Origin: a virus
Lineage: Duplodnaviria > Caudoviricetes
Direction: 5' to 3' (one strand)
Virus record (IMG/VR): IMGVR_UViG_3300021090_000949
Location: 1 to 58,641 of that record
Length of the DNA: 58,641 bases
Shown: positions 36,801 through 45,759 of the stretch, one piece after another
Numbering within the stretch: the stretch's first letter is position 1
Layout: each line of letters begins with the position of its first letter
Notes under the pieces: model-generated
Databases searched by the model: none
What the model was told of the DNA's origin: nothing
What the model saw: only the letters and a program-made list of their open reading frames with translations
Made by a program: the position numbers and the translations under genes

Positions 36801-37546
36801 AACTCTGCCAACAATTGATTGATCTGTTGCTGCTTGGGCAGAGTCTTATCGATCTGAATGCCATAGCGCCCAAGCGCATTAACGTCCGAATCAATAGATT
36901 TTCCGATGAGGTCTGCGGCGGATACGAGTTCCATGTCCTTGGCGACGGAGAGATCCTGAGCAGCCGCAACGAGACGGTAAGAATCAGCGAGATCGATATT
37001 GGCATCCAGTAATCTGATCTGTCCCAGAGCAATCGACTCATCGTCGACACCGGTCGCTTGCTGCCGGGCGGCCGCGAACGTTTTCATCTTGGCAATATTC
37101 TGATCGACCTCAAAGCCGTGCAGCTTCAATGAAGAGGCTACATCGTTCCAGACCTTCTCGGCGTTGGTGCCTTCCGAGATAATGAACCGGACCAGTCGCT
37201 GCGCTCCCTGAACAGAGATATAAGCACCGGCCACCAGCAGTAGCGATCGGCCCAGACCGACCATCATGTTCTGGAGTCCCTTACCGCCTTCTTCTTGCTT
37301 GTTGAATTGTGCGGTGGTTTTATCGATATCCTGCTGACGTTCGACATCGGCCGCCAGTGACTTGATCGAATCGGCAAATGCTTTCGTGTTCCGTTTGGCG
37401 CGTTCCTCGGCCGTACCGATTCCATCAAGCACGCTCTTGGCCGACGCGCCGAGTTTCCCCAGACCCGTTTCGGCTTGGCGCAGATCCCGTTCAAGCGCGT
37501 CAACGTCCAGCCCGATCGATGCAAATAATGTCCCGAGATTAGCCAT
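33899..37546 (-). CDS. Tail tape measure protein
   Basis: 1215-aa Ala/Leu-rich helical protein after chaperones; FAxGG..GExGxE motifs near C-terminus. Confidence 0.9.
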   Translation of the reverse strand: MANLGTLFASIGLDVDALERDLRQAETGLGKLGASAKSVLDGIGTAEERAKRNTKAFADSIKSLAADVERQQDIDKTTAQFNKQEEGGKGLQNMMVGLGRSLLLVAGAYISVQGAQRLVRFIISEGTNAEKVWNDVASSLKLHGFEVDQNIAKMKTFAAARQQATGVDDESIALGQIRLLDANIDLADSYRLVAAAQDLSVAKDMELVSAADLIGKSIDSDVNALGRYGIQIDKTLPKQQQINQLLAELESRFGGRAAAAMEKTAGKMALLSSETSNVAENLFDKLSPGLNQTLDDLLALVGGLDRATKSASDLLALTSQQATDYTKQGDRIRSLATQYDFLTLSGKLNAEQQGKQRNIIAEIAAFMPGAVSGWNSLNEAVEINTDVLRANINAQEAYNRRQNRAAINAAIDELKSKAAEVKLAEGALRGLNAQPAAFLQSQRSSGQLGQLFAGQTDELARQQPAFVRELNRRTAALKLTREEQLDLLRQLSDEFNVLDPSNGFNNARKLLREQGAEFLKLLSDFQRERRKQEQEPAAKKEVGPLDDETISRTLQAYESLISSGKASASQLNAIWSDYTGLQLGRLEKELNALENISTATKAAIIEAEKLKLADAKIDAKKAPLDRAIALYQPILASQKLTVAELDALWGPYSKSQLARIELEAQRYDNLGATAKAAYRQAAQAALDAEKIEKKASIIQRLIDEQKKLLDSGLLSASTLEKSWAEYTKQRTEELKLEIEKMTDLRNAVGLTLEDISLKIKDFNETEHALKISLDTRELRKEFEELQTLLSTPGLSSQAFEAARPEVESRVGNELEKSIEKLLKQKNSLVEINKLVAETNAKLAGLDTVASGFRDQQIAGLEILLRSNALTASELESVWSEYYALQLENLADLQLAWEKSNPDRVGQLTADFKANLENQEKEIEAWGESWEKWFNELDADARKLAEAMSSAFEDTFFRTMEGEFVKFRDFVKAIINDITRYMAQEFARLAAQSLTRGLFNLFTSSATTAAGGNPDLPSGSNFSPAFASGGLITSPTFALIGEAGPEVVVPMPKLNDGDFWRSLGLPEMAVQVEADQRVVDAAQTRLQALPGGMTDIGTMTGIDVGSVEADMRRTIAQAPNLEALADRLGLPKFADGGIVTGPTIALLGERGTEMVLPTDQPGFWDRVNPAGDTRGGDSITIQMTVVTPDVASFKASSSQLMAEAQVRAGQAFRRNR

Positions 37547-37901
37547 GTTGCTTCTTCTTTCGAACTTTCGATTTTAAGAATGCCATTGCTTCGTTCATCT
37601 TAGATTTGGTTTCTTGCATCGTTTGACCTACGCTTGCTCGCAGGTTCTTCGCAAATTCCGGAATGAAATCCGATGGTTTGAACGGCGGCTTCCGATGATC
37701 GCGATGACAATTCGCAATCGTCGAGGCCACAATCCCGGAACGCAGGAATTCCATGTCGCTGCCCCACGGTTCCAGTTCGTAGAATTCGATCCAGTCGCGA
37801 AATTGCCGGCTCGTCAGTCTGTTGAGCAGATAGTCAGGGTGTGCCGCCCCGAGAGCAAGCGCCAGGCGAAAAGCAAAGCGCTGCTCCGGGTCGGCTATCA
37901 G
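37539..37901 (-). CDS. Tail assembly chaperone T part (reached by -1 frameshift)
   Basis: -1 frame reads LIADPEQRFAFRLALALG..LTSRQFRDWIEFYELEPWG and continues into ORF 37539..37754. Confidence 0.8.
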   Translation of the reverse strand: MIADPEQRFAFRLALALGAAHPDYLLNRLTSRQFRDWIEFYELEPWGSDMEFLRSGIVASTIANCHRDHRKPPFKPSDFIPEFAKNLRASVGQTMQETKSKMNEAMAFLKSKVRKKKQHG

Positions 37902-38242
37902 TTTTTTACCGCTGCCTCAGAATTGCTCTTCAGTCCGGACAATCTCGACACTACGTCATAGAGCCGATTGATGACCACGCCCGAGGATTCGAGGAGTTTA
38001 TTCATCTCCTCGTTATCGAACAGACGATCTCCGGTTTCATCAACTAACGCCATGCCGACGGCGAGGGACGTATAGGTTGCGAGTTGGCCGGCTTCATCGG
38101 ACTGACGGAAACTCCGCCCGAGTTCCAGCCGTTCCTTTGCAGTCAACTCGCGAACACGTACGATGCCACCCCACTCCGGGACATCCACGTCCTCGGTAGC
38201 GAGCGGCTGGTTGAGGATATCTTCCTTGCTTAGGAGAGACAT
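37898..38242 (-). CDS. Tail assembly chaperone G
   Basis: VDVPEWGG.VRVRELT, LVDETG.RLF, ends AVKN; between tail tube and tape measure. Confidence 0.85.
   Translation of the reverse strand: MSLLSKEDILNQPLATEDVDVPEWGGIVRVRELTAKERLELGRSFRQSDEAGQLATYTSLAVGMALVDETGDRLFDNEEMNKLLESSGVVINRLYDVVSRLSGLKSNSEAAVKN
37901..37907 (-). other. -1 programmed frameshift slippery site A AAA AAC
   Basis: In-frame X XXY YYZ heptamer immediately before the TGA. Confidence 0.8.
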
Positions 38243-38292
38243 ATTGTTTCCTGCTTTCGATTCGGTTAGTGGTTTCATCGATGCCTATAATC

Positions 38293-38706
38293 TTACGCCG
38301 GCTCGGCGAATGATCCGGTGATCTTGATGGTGATATTGAACCGCACCGCGTCACCGGTTTGCGCCGTGATCGGAAGTCCCTTGATGCGTCCCACAAACAC
38401 ATAATCGGTGGCATCTGAGAATATGAGTTTCATGTTCTTCAGAGCACCCGAATTGAACAGGGTCAGCAGGGTCGCGTAGCCGGCCTGCGTCCAGTTGACC
38501 TCGCCGGTGATCTCGCCGGCTTCTTTGAATCCCGCGATGTAATCACGATAGCCGGAGCTACCCAGATGGCTGACGTCGATATCCTCCGACGTCATTGTTG
38601 GGCCATTGATGCTCCGGAGTTCGGGGATGGCCGTGAAGACCTCGGTCGAAGCGCCGTTGCCGATACTCAGTACGGCTCCCAGTGATGAAATTGCGTTTGA
38701 AGCCAT
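38293..38706 (-). CDS. Tail tube (major tail) protein
   Basis: IDVSHLGS..YRDYIAGFKEAGEITGEVNW; position; AAGGAG RBS. Confidence 0.85.
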   Translation of the reverse strand: MASNAISSLGAVLSIGNGASTEVFTAIPELRSINGPTMTSEDIDVSHLGSSGYRDYIAGFKEAGEITGEVNWTQAGYATLLTLFNSGALKNMKLIFSDATDYVFVGRIKGLPITAQTGDAVRFNITIKITGSFAEPA

Positions 38707-38716
38707 TGCTTACTCC

Positions 38717-39112
38717 TTAGGTTGACGTTCTGTGAATCTGAAAGTTGATTGACAATTCCGGTCTGTTATTATTATCGCGGCCCAGCGACATGATATCTCC
38801 TTTAGCCCAAATGCCGATATAGCGCGTATCGCCGATGGTGGTATTGTGTAAGGCCACCAGGTAGGCTCGAATGGCGATCGCCAACTGGTAAACCGTCTCA
38901 TAGTCCTCGCGCGCGCCCCGCACGCGAACCTGCACCGATGGCCGCCAGTACTCGAAGTTCTGCTCCGGATCACTGCCCGAATAATCAAAAACGGCGACGA
39001 TCGCGTCCGGTGTCTCAGGGAGCACACTGACGAACAGGTTGGTCCCCTGGGCCAGCCCGGTCCCTGAGACGCCGTCGAGCAGGGTCGCGATGTCGGTGGC
39101 CGGCGTCGTCAT
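38717..39112 (-). CDS. Tail completion/terminator protein
   Basis: PSVQVRVRG, LGRDNNNRPELSINF; position. Confidence 0.75.
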   Translation of the reverse strand: MTTPATDIATLLDGVSGTGLAQGTNLFVSVLPETPDAIVAVFDYSGSDPEQNFEYWRPSVQVRVRGAREDYETVYQLAIAIRAYLVALHNTTIGDTRYIGIWAKGDIMSLGRDNNNRPELSINFQIHRTST

Positions 39113-39477
39113 TCCGACTCCTTCGCGGCTCGTTCAAGGATCGCGATGATGGGAACCTCCTGCAGAGCAGTTTCAAGGAACTTTGCCTGGCCGACGTTAT
39201 GCCGGAGTTCCACTCTTTCGTGCACAAAGGGTGCATACGATGCTGTGAGTCCTATCTCCACCACCGGCCCAGAACTTCCCTCATATGGAATGACGTAATG
39301 CGATGCTTTCAGATTGCCTGTGGGACCAACCGGTGTCAGTTCCATCGAGCGGCGCTTGACCTCGAGCCCGGCTTCCCACATACCCGCGATCGTGCGTTTC
39401 TTGAGCGCCTCCACTTCCTTGTTCAGGTTGCGCAGCACTTCGTTGAGCCCTGTAAAGTATCGCTTGCTCATAGCCAA
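39109..39477 (-). CDS. HK97 gp10-like neck protein
   Basis: TPV..TGNLKAS, YAPFVHE, GQAKFLE. Confidence 0.8.
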   Translation of the reverse strand: MAMSKRYFTGLNEVLRNLNKEVEALKKRTIAGMWEAGLEVKRRSMELTPVGPTGNLKASHYVIPYEGSSGPVVEIGLTASYAPFVHERVELRHNVGQAKFLETALQEVPIIAILERAAKESE

Positions 39478-39806
39478 GCCTTTCGCAGCGTCGTATTCGC
39501 ATCCACCGATGGCACGGCACCCGTGGCCCGGACTTCATGAGCTCCGGCAATGAGCAAAGGATCAGTCTCAGAGAGATCTTCTTCGAGCCCCAGCCAGAGA
39601 TAATCCCCCGGCAACACGTAGCGATCGACATAGACGACCGCGCGTGACAGCGATTCCCGTTTGGCCAGATCCACAAACTTCTCCTGCTTATCTTCCCAGC
39701 GACAAGTGATCTCCATCTGCTCGGCGAAGCTGGGCTTGCCATACTTGTCACTGGTCCGACCGGTCCAGAGGACGGCCGTCTGTCTGAAGAACCGGTTCAG
39801 ATTCAC
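39468..39806 (-). CDS. Head closure protein
   Basis: DKYGKP, CRWED; position in head-tail block. Confidence 0.7.
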   Translation of the reverse strand: MNLNRFFRQTAVLWTGRTSDKYGKPSFAEQMEITCRWEDKQEKFVDLAKRESLSRAVVYVDRYVLPGDYLWLGLEEDLSETDPLLIAGAHEVRATGAVPSVDANTTLRKAWL

Positions 39807-40159
39807 CCGAATGCCTCTATGTCTGCCTCGCCCTGGACTTTGGAGAGCAGCCCTTTGAAATCAAAGAGCTGTACGGTTTGCCCCTGAGGACTCGAGGCCA
39901 ATCCTTCGCCCACAGTCGATGTGGCGAAATAGGTGATCGCAGCATCTCCGATCTCTTCGCTTTTGACCCGAGGATCCCGCATCGTGATAAAATGAGCGGT
40001 CAGGTGCTTCTCGATCTGGATCAGGATCTCTTCGTCGTAGGCTCCGTCGCACCGGGCCGTAACTAAGACATTCGCGGCCGTCAGAAACGGAGTTATCTCT
40101 TCGTTGCTGAGCAAGGTGTCGATGAGCTCTTTCACTTCAGCTTCTGTGGTACGTGCCAT
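39803..40159 (-). CDS. Head-tail adaptor protein
   Basis: IEKHLTAHF, SEEIGDAAITY, L.SSPQGQ. Confidence 0.75.
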   Translation of the reverse strand: MARTTEAEVKELIDTLLSNEEITPFLTAANVLVTARCDGAYDEEILIQIEKHLTAHFITMRDPRVKSEEIGDAAITYFATSTVGEGLASSPQGQTVQLFDFKGLLSKVQGEADIEAFG

Positions 40160-40172
40160 TGCTTACTCCATC

Positions 40173-40805
40173 TCAGGCATCGAGCCGCTCGCTTTGGGAC
40201 TCTCGTTTGAACACAAAGGTCTCGATATCCTCACGGCCGAGGACGGTTTCCATAGCATTGCATTCTTTCAACTGGAACCCCAGCCCCTTGAACCATCTGA
40301 TCAGACCGCTCCGCGTGAAATACCAGAGATGTTCGCCAGGTTTGAAATGCCGGCTCTCCCGAACATGGGCTTCGTCGCGAAAGATCGGCAGGGTCACAAA
40401 CGCAAAGCCCTTACAGGCTGCCAAAACTCTACTGGCATCGGGAATGTGTTCGAGTGCGTCCCAGAAGGTCATGTTTGAAAAGCCATCGCGCGGATCACGG
40501 AAGATCCCGCGCTCGTGTAACCATATCACACCTACAGGATTGACGTCATGCCCGAATGTGGTCCCCTTGCGCGTTTCGATGAAATGGCCGCAACCGATGC
40601 CGATGTCAAGCACCGGCGCGGTCGAGGGGAGGTATGTATCCACCAATTCGACCCGCTGCTGGGTGATCTTCTTCCCCATTGGCGTCGATGAGCGGCGGAC
40701 GTATTCATCCCAATAGGATTGTCCATAAAACTCTGCCGCAGGCTGCTGGGGGCAATACCCGACGCCAAGATCGGGGATCCAGGTCATTCCATTGTCTTTA
40801 GACAT
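40173..40805 (-). CDS. Class I SAM-dependent methyltransferase
   Basis: VLDIGIGCG, GHDVNP, FWDALEHIPD, EHLWYF. Confidence 0.85.
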   Translation of the reverse strand: MSKDNGMTWIPDLGVGYCPQQPAAEFYGQSYWDEYVRRSSTPMGKKITQQRVELVDTYLPSTAPVLDIGIGCGHFIETRKGTTFGHDVNPVGVIWLHERGIFRDPRDGFSNMTFWDALEHIPDASRVLAACKGFAFVTLPIFRDEAHVRESRHFKPGEHLWYFTRSGLIRWFKGLGFQLKECNAMETVLGREDIETFVFKRESQSERLDA

Positions 40806-41718
40806 TCGCGAGTTCTTTCCTGTTGATAAGTGACATGATATGACCCGTTATGATGGCGGGGTCAAAGTCGTCTACCTCCATCGGCACATACAGGCTTTCC
40901 GGGCCAACCCAGTTTGTGTGGAAGCCAACATGCTGATAACGATCGCGATTCCAGATCATCACCGTGGGTACGCCGAAGTAGGTGGTCAGAATCGTGTTGC
41001 CGTTGGCAAATCCGATCATGGCATCTGCTCCGCGAAGCAGCGCGAAATACTGATCAGGATCGGTCCTCCCTATGAGGTTTTCGATGGTGACTCCGCTGAT
41101 CCGCTCCGCAAATCCCTTGTCCCAGGGCAGTCCCACCATCAATATCCGTCTGCCCGGAAGAGCGGATTGCAGGTTCCTCACCAGGTCAGCAACTCGCTGG
41201 GGTGTGATGATCGCGGTCCAGCGATCGAACATCTGAGCGAGGCCCGAGAAATACAGCAGCACCCATGGCCCCTTTGCGATCTGTTCCTCCCAATAGTCCA
41301 CCTCAGCATGGGTCTGTAAGATCGGGTAGTCCCAGTTGATCGGTGCGGCATCGAGGGCAGGCTCGAGCGGAAGACCCGCTTCCAGATAACCATTAAGCGC
41401 GATGACGAAGTCAAAGCCCCACTTATCGCACATCACTGGATCTGTTTCTTTACAGAATCGAATTATCTCACTACGATCGGATACCTGGAAATAATCAATA
41501 AAGCGGACGAACGGGATTCGAGTCACGAATTCCGCCGATCGCCGCGGGCCACCGGCGTCCCATATCCAGACATCGGCGCCGTTGTAGCCATTCGCCGCGA
41601 GAAAGCCCTGCAACTTGAGCATTACCCAGTGGATATCACCAAGCCCGGGCGGCAACAAAACGGTTGCGCGACCGGGTGTCTTTTGATATCCGCGAATGGA
41701 GTTTCTATTGGGATGCAT
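40798..41718 (-). CDS. GT9-like (heptosyltransferase-like, GT-B) glycosyltransferase
   Basis: PGLGDIHW, ENLIGRT..LLRGADAMIGFANG..FGVPTV; start at ATG 41718. Confidence 0.75.
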   Translation of the reverse strand: MHPNRNSIRGYQKTPGRATVLLPPGLGDIHWVMLKLQGFLAANGYNGADVWIWDAGGPRRSAEFVTRIPFVRFIDYFQVSDRSEIIRFCKETDPVMCDKWGFDFVIALNGYLEAGLPLEPALDAAPINWDYPILQTHAEVDYWEEQIAKGPWVLLYFSGLAQMFDRWTAIITPQRVADLVRNLQSALPGRRILMVGLPWDKGFAERISGVTIENLIGRTDPDQYFALLRGADAMIGFANGNTILTTYFGVPTVMIWNRDRYQHVGFHTNWVGPESLYVPMEVDDFDPAIITGHIMSLINRKELANV

Positions 41719-42595
41719 GCTCCACCTGTGCTGCGAATTTGGCGGCGGCCTCGACCGCGCTTGTGTTGGCAACGGAATCATATCGATAGGTCGAGCCAAG
41801 CTTGTTCGGGTCGACCCAATTGGTCTGCATCCCCTTACAGAAATAGCCAGACCAGAACATGTAAGTTGGAGTGCCCAGGTGCGTTGAAATGATAGTATTA
41901 CCACCACACCAGCCAACGAATCCGGATGCGGAGCGGATGAGTCCCATCAACTCGTCAAGGCTGGTCTGACCTACCAGATTCTCGACCGGCGCAGAGACCT
42001 GAGACAATAGTTCTTTGGCGAAGCGCTCATCCCAACGAGATCCGGTCAATAGCAATCGATACTCCGGCATGGTTTCGTGCAGCGTATCGAGAAATAGGGC
42101 GATTCTGGCGGTTGTCCAGGAGGCCAACCAGGTGCGAAACATGCCTTGATCGGAGAAATAGAGCAGCAGGTACTTGCCGCGCGAGAGCTGCTCGCCACTA
42201 TACCTGAGTTCCTCCGGAGTGGTCCGGAGCGGATAATCCCATTCGATGGCGCAGTCCGACAGAATCTCTGACAGCGTGCGCCCCTGTCTGAGCGAGCCAT
42301 TGACGCACAGGAAATGATCGAACCCTTCGAAGGGAGTCACGACGTCGCGCGACCCGAGCATGTAGCATTCATTGAATATTGACCGAGTCCGATTGGTCAA
42401 CGGCTGATGCCAGTAACCTCCGGATCGGCAACTCAACAAGCGCTGCACATATTCAAGGCTCCGCGGCCGATCATCGAAATCCCAGACCCAGACTTCAGGA
42501 TCGTCAATATGATGCACCTCGCAGAAAGATCGCAGCTTGAGCGCCACCCAATGCAAATCGCCCAGTCCCGGGATGACAAGAATCCTTGTGCTCAC
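41705..42595 (-). CDS. GT9-like glycosyltransferase, paralog of downstream gene
   Basis: PGLGDLHW, ENLVGQTSLDELMGLIRSASGFVG..HLGTPT. Confidence 0.8.
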   Translation of the reverse strand: MSTRILVIPGLGDLHWVALKLRSFCEVHHIDDPEVWVWDFDDRPRSLEYVQRLLSCRSGGYWHQPLTNRTRSIFNECYMLGSRDVVTPFEGFDHFLCVNGSLRQGRTLSEILSDCAIEWDYPLRTTPEELRYSGEQLSRGKYLLLYFSDQGMFRTWLASWTTARIALFLDTLHETMPEYRLLLTGSRWDERFAKELLSQVSAPVENLVGQTSLDELMGLIRSASGFVGWCGGNTIISTHLGTPTYMFWSGYFCKGMQTNWVDPNKLGSTYRYDSVANTSAVEAAAKFAAQVEHASQ

Positions 42596-43266
42596 TGCCG
42601 GGCTCCAGTCGAATAGAGACGGGGTATTTCAACTTCGCTCGGCCGCGGCCTGCCGTGGAAACAGACAACTGCCGCGTCCTCTGGGATCTTCCCGGATGGC
42701 TTTACATCAACTTTATAGCTGTAGATGCCCGACTGCACCTCTTGAGCGAAGACTACAGGAACTTGCGAGCGCTCGAGCTGCTCACGGATATACTCTTGAT
42801 CGCCGCGGTGGTAATTGCACCCGACGCCATGAACAAGTTCTGACCATCGTGCGCTCTGTGCGAACTTTGCGAACTTCAGGGTGAGCCAGGACAGGTCGCA
42901 GTTCCATGCCATGATCCCTGAAGCGGCGTTCCCATGATAGAAATCGCGGAGCATGAGGACGGCGTCGGTAGGAGTCAAGGCCCACTCACAAAGCTGCTCG
43001 ATCGGTCTGAGGATCCAGGTGTCGAGATCGAAGTAGAGCACGGGTCCAGATATCCGGAACAGTTCCATCTTGGCCCACCAACCCGGCCAGGTGTATGTCA
43101 GAGGCAACGCGATATCGACGATCGGAAGCACTTCATCCGGCCGATCGGTGAGACAGCAACTGCGATGATCTATGCCGACTCCTCGTTGGATCGCCGCGAA
43201 CAACTTGGCCACGTCGGTGCGCGTGAAATCTCCGCCGGATCGATACACGCAGGCAATGGTGATCAT
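42592..43266 (-). CDS. GT-A fold glycosyltransferase-like protein
   Basis: GWWAKMELF, LYFDLD (DxD), GDQEYI, VCFHGRPRP. Confidence 0.75.
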   Translation of the reverse strand: MITIACVYRSGGDFTRTDVAKLFAAIQRGVGIDHRSCCLTDRPDEVLPIVDIALPLTYTWPGWWAKMELFRISGPVLYFDLDTWILRPIEQLCEWALTPTDAVLMLRDFYHGNAASGIMAWNCDLSWLTLKFAKFAQSARWSELVHGVGCNYHRGDQEYIREQLERSQVPVVFAQEVQSGIYSYKVDVKPSGKIPEDAAVVCFHGRPRPSEVEIPRLYSTGARQ

Positions 43267-43517
43267 GATGTGATGCTCCCGTCGCTATGGCGATATTTGA
43301 CCTTACCGCTATCCTCGCCAACAAGCACGATCGGCGGCTTCTGCGGTTTTGGTGGCACAACATTCGTTCGATAAGGCTCTCGAAACACTGGCTTCACTGA
43401 TCCGAAGGGGACAATTGCTCCGCCTTCATTTCTGAGCCCTAAAATGATGAGTGTGACCACTGACGAAATGGCCACGATCGCCACTATCAAGATTCCCCAT
43501 TCGTTTGCGGTCAGCAT
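43263..43517 (-). CDS. Small single-TM protein
   Basis: N-terminal TM helix, GAGGAGG RBS, overlaps both neighbours. Confidence 0.55.
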   Translation of the reverse strand: MLTANEWGILIVAIVAISSVVTLIILGLRNEGGAIVPFGSVKPVFREPYRTNVVPPKPQKPPIVLVGEDSGKVKYRHSDGSITS

Positions 43518-44164
43518 AAGACTGCCTCCTCGATGGTGCACTTCGGAAAGCAGTCGATCGCGCTGTCCGGGCATGCGTTGATGCATGGAATATTGAGTTT
43601 CTCAAGATCTCGCGCGATGGGTGGAAAGCGGTTTCGCATCACTTCGTAATTGCCGACCGAGGCATGCGTCCCATCTTTATGGAGGTAATCTCGGTGATAA
43701 TTGTTGTGGCCATTTTTCTGCTGCATGTCAAATCCCAGGAGCACGATCTTGCCGGCCCCCAGAAGCGTCGCCAGGTTGATCGCGCAGGCTCCCGAGGACA
43801 GGTTCCAGTGGAGCACGGCCGGTTTGGTCGACAGACCCATGGCGTGTGCCTCGCGGAACACGACGCGAATACCAGGACGGTTGAGATGTTCTTCGCGCAC
43901 GGTGATTTTCAGGCCGCCGAAGTCTTCTAAACCTTTGCCATATAGGTCCGGCCAAAGCGGATCGCCGTAGAACATGACGTCAAACTGCCCCAGTCGAAAC
44001 GCGCAGTTGACGGCAATGACCCGGCGACCATCAAGAACTCGCGAATCGAATCCTGCCAGCGACGGTCCGCCACCAATGACGAAGACGGTATCGCCAGACC
44101 AGACCTGAGGAATGCTCCAGTATTTACTGTGCACCCTCGCCCTCACCGGATTTGTTGTCCGCAT
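43511..44164 (-). CDS. DUF115/Maf-like putative glycosyltransferase
   Basis: VIGGGPSL, IAVN, SSGACAINLA..LGAGKIVLLGFDM; start uncertain. Confidence 0.7.
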   Translation of the reverse strand: MRTTNPVRARVHSKYWSIPQVWSGDTVFVIGGGPSLAGFDSRVLDGRRVIAVNCAFRLGQFDVMFYGDPLWPDLYGKGLEDFGGLKITVREEHLNRPGIRVVFREAHAMGLSTKPAVLHWNLSSGACAINLATLLGAGKIVLLGFDMQQKNGHNNYHRDYLHKDGTHASVGNYEVMRNRFPPIARDLEKLNIPCINACPDSAIDCFPKCTIEEAVLC

Positions 44165-44576
44165 CGCCTTGATCACCAGCACCCTCGTCTGTTTTCGATT
44201 CGACTTCCGCCTTCTCGGCTTCCTCAGCAGCTTTCACTGCCGCTTCGGCCTCTTCCGCAAGCACCTTTGCGTCGTATTCTTCGACGGTAATTCCGGCAAT
44301 AGATTCGGCTTCCGCCTTGTGCAGCCGCCGGGAATTGATGGCCACTCCGGTGACGGGGTGGATGACATCGAAATAAGCACCGCCGCGATGTTCGAGTTTG
44401 AATCTCAGCTTCGGCTTGGGCTCAGAGATCGGATCTAAAGCGACGAAGTCCGATTTCATTCCCTCCGGGATCTTCCATTGGCTATCGTCGACGATATGTC
44501 CCGGATAGACATCGAGCCTCTGAGCGCCATTGCGGAGAACGTGGCGGCCTTTGTTTTCCTTCAGCCTATATCGCAT
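44124..44576 (-). CDS. Hypothetical protein after major capsid gene
   Basis: GGAGG RBS; acidic C-terminal tail. Confidence 0.65.
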   Translation of the reverse strand: MRYRLKENKGRHVLRNGAQRLDVYPGHIVDDSQWKIPEGMKSDFVALDPISEPKPKLRFKLEHRGGAYFDVIHPVTGVAINSRRLHKAEAESIAGITVEEYDAKVLAEEAEAAVKAAEEAEKAEVESKTDEGAGDQGDADNKSGEGEGAQ

Positions 44577-44592
44577 GATTCCTCCAATGAGA

Positions 44593-44620
44593 GTGCCGGC
44601 CGACTGTTTACAGCCGGCAC
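44593..44620 (-). terminator. Hairpin downstream of major capsid gene
   Basis: GTGCCGGC/GCCGGCAC stem; weak U tract. Confidence 0.4.
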
Positions 44621-44657
44621 ATGGTTATAGGTACACGATCAATGATCGAGCAGACTA

Positions 44658-45689
44658 TTAGCTCACCGTTCCCTTTACGATGCCGCAATTGCCATCGTAA
44701 TCCTGCCCCAGACGGGGCAAGCGCATACAGATGACCTTGTTGTGCAGGTCTTCGTACGGCGACGGCCCTTCCCACGGGATATTGGCAGTCGGCATACCTT
44801 CGGCCACCTGCACGGTCTGCTCAGAAAGCTCGATCAACAGCGGAGTGTTGGTCGGCAGCTTCGGCGCCACCTGGCAAGCGACAATGCCGTCGATGTCGAG
44901 GATCACCTGCTGCACGTTACGCGCATCGTAATCATAGCAGCGGCGAGCCAGCACCGTACGCCAAGCATCCGGGACGAAGAGTGCCCACGGGCCATAATGC
45001 TTCTTGGTCGTGGACGTGAGGATCAGCTCGAGAACGTCCTCGACGATCTGCACACCGGTCTTTCCGGAAGCATCCCAAGCCGCACCGATCGTCGGGTTCT
45101 GCGTCCCGGTGAAATCAAGCAAGCCGTACAGCGGCGCACTCTTGTAGATCAGCGTAGTGGAGCGTCCGTTGAGGAAGACATCCTCAAGCAGATCGCCCAC
45201 CTGGAAGGCGGCATCCGCGGCCAGCGAGGTATCGAGCGGCGATCCCTGGTTCTGCGACATGTTCAACTCGCGGATATCGATGTCGTAATCCTTGAAGATG
45301 AACGGCAGAGGGATGTACGACCGGCTGTAGACCTGCCGATCGTTCGGGGTGCGCTGAGACGGCCGCATGCCGAGCTGCGCGGGAGCGGTTTGCGATACCG
45401 CATCCCGACCCAGTAGCGTGGCAGAGAAGCCGTCAAACGGAAAGCGCAATGCCCCGCCGTTATAATTGTACAGGAAGTTCAGGATCACCTGGGGCGCTGT
45501 GGCCACCGTGATCACGGTCCGGTCGATGCGCTTCCAGTCCTCTTCGCGCAACGTGGTCACGTTGGCAATGAGGCGTCTCTTCTGGTAGGCACGCCGGATC
45601 TCATTGATGTCTTTGCCCAAAGAGAGCACACGGCGAGTTACTTCACCCTGTCCCGCTCCTTCGGCCATTATCTCGAGGTTTGCAGCCAT
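44658..45689 (-). CDS. Major capsid protein (HK97 fold, Linocin-M18/encapsulin-like)
   Basis: EDWKRIDRTV, PLPFIFKDY.I..REL, PLDTS, YGPWALFV; follows protease and decoration genes. Confidence 0.85.
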   Translation of the reverse strand: MAANLEIMAEGAGQGEVTRRVLSLGKDINEIRRAYQKRRLIANVTTLREEDWKRIDRTVITVATAPQVILNFLYNYNGGALRFPFDGFSATLLGRDAVSQTAPAQLGMRPSQRTPNDRQVYSRSYIPLPFIFKDYDIDIRELNMSQNQGSPLDTSLAADAAFQVGDLLEDVFLNGRSTTLIYKSAPLYGLLDFTGTQNPTIGAAWDASGKTGVQIVEDVLELILTSTTKKHYGPWALFVPDAWRTVLARRCYDYDARNVQQVILDIDGIVACQVAPKLPTNTPLLIELSEQTVQVAEGMPTANIPWEGPSPYEDLHNKVICMRLPRLGQDYDGNCGIVKGTVS

Positions 45690-45759
45690 TGCTTGTCTCC
45701 TTTTGGCAATTGCTTTCGCATTAGTGTCATTCAGTGTTGTCAGCGATCGCTCACAGCCT

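Noticed and set aside
44658-45689. Host encapsulin/bacteriocin operon
   Set aside because: Embedded among phage head genes with no cargo enzyme gene
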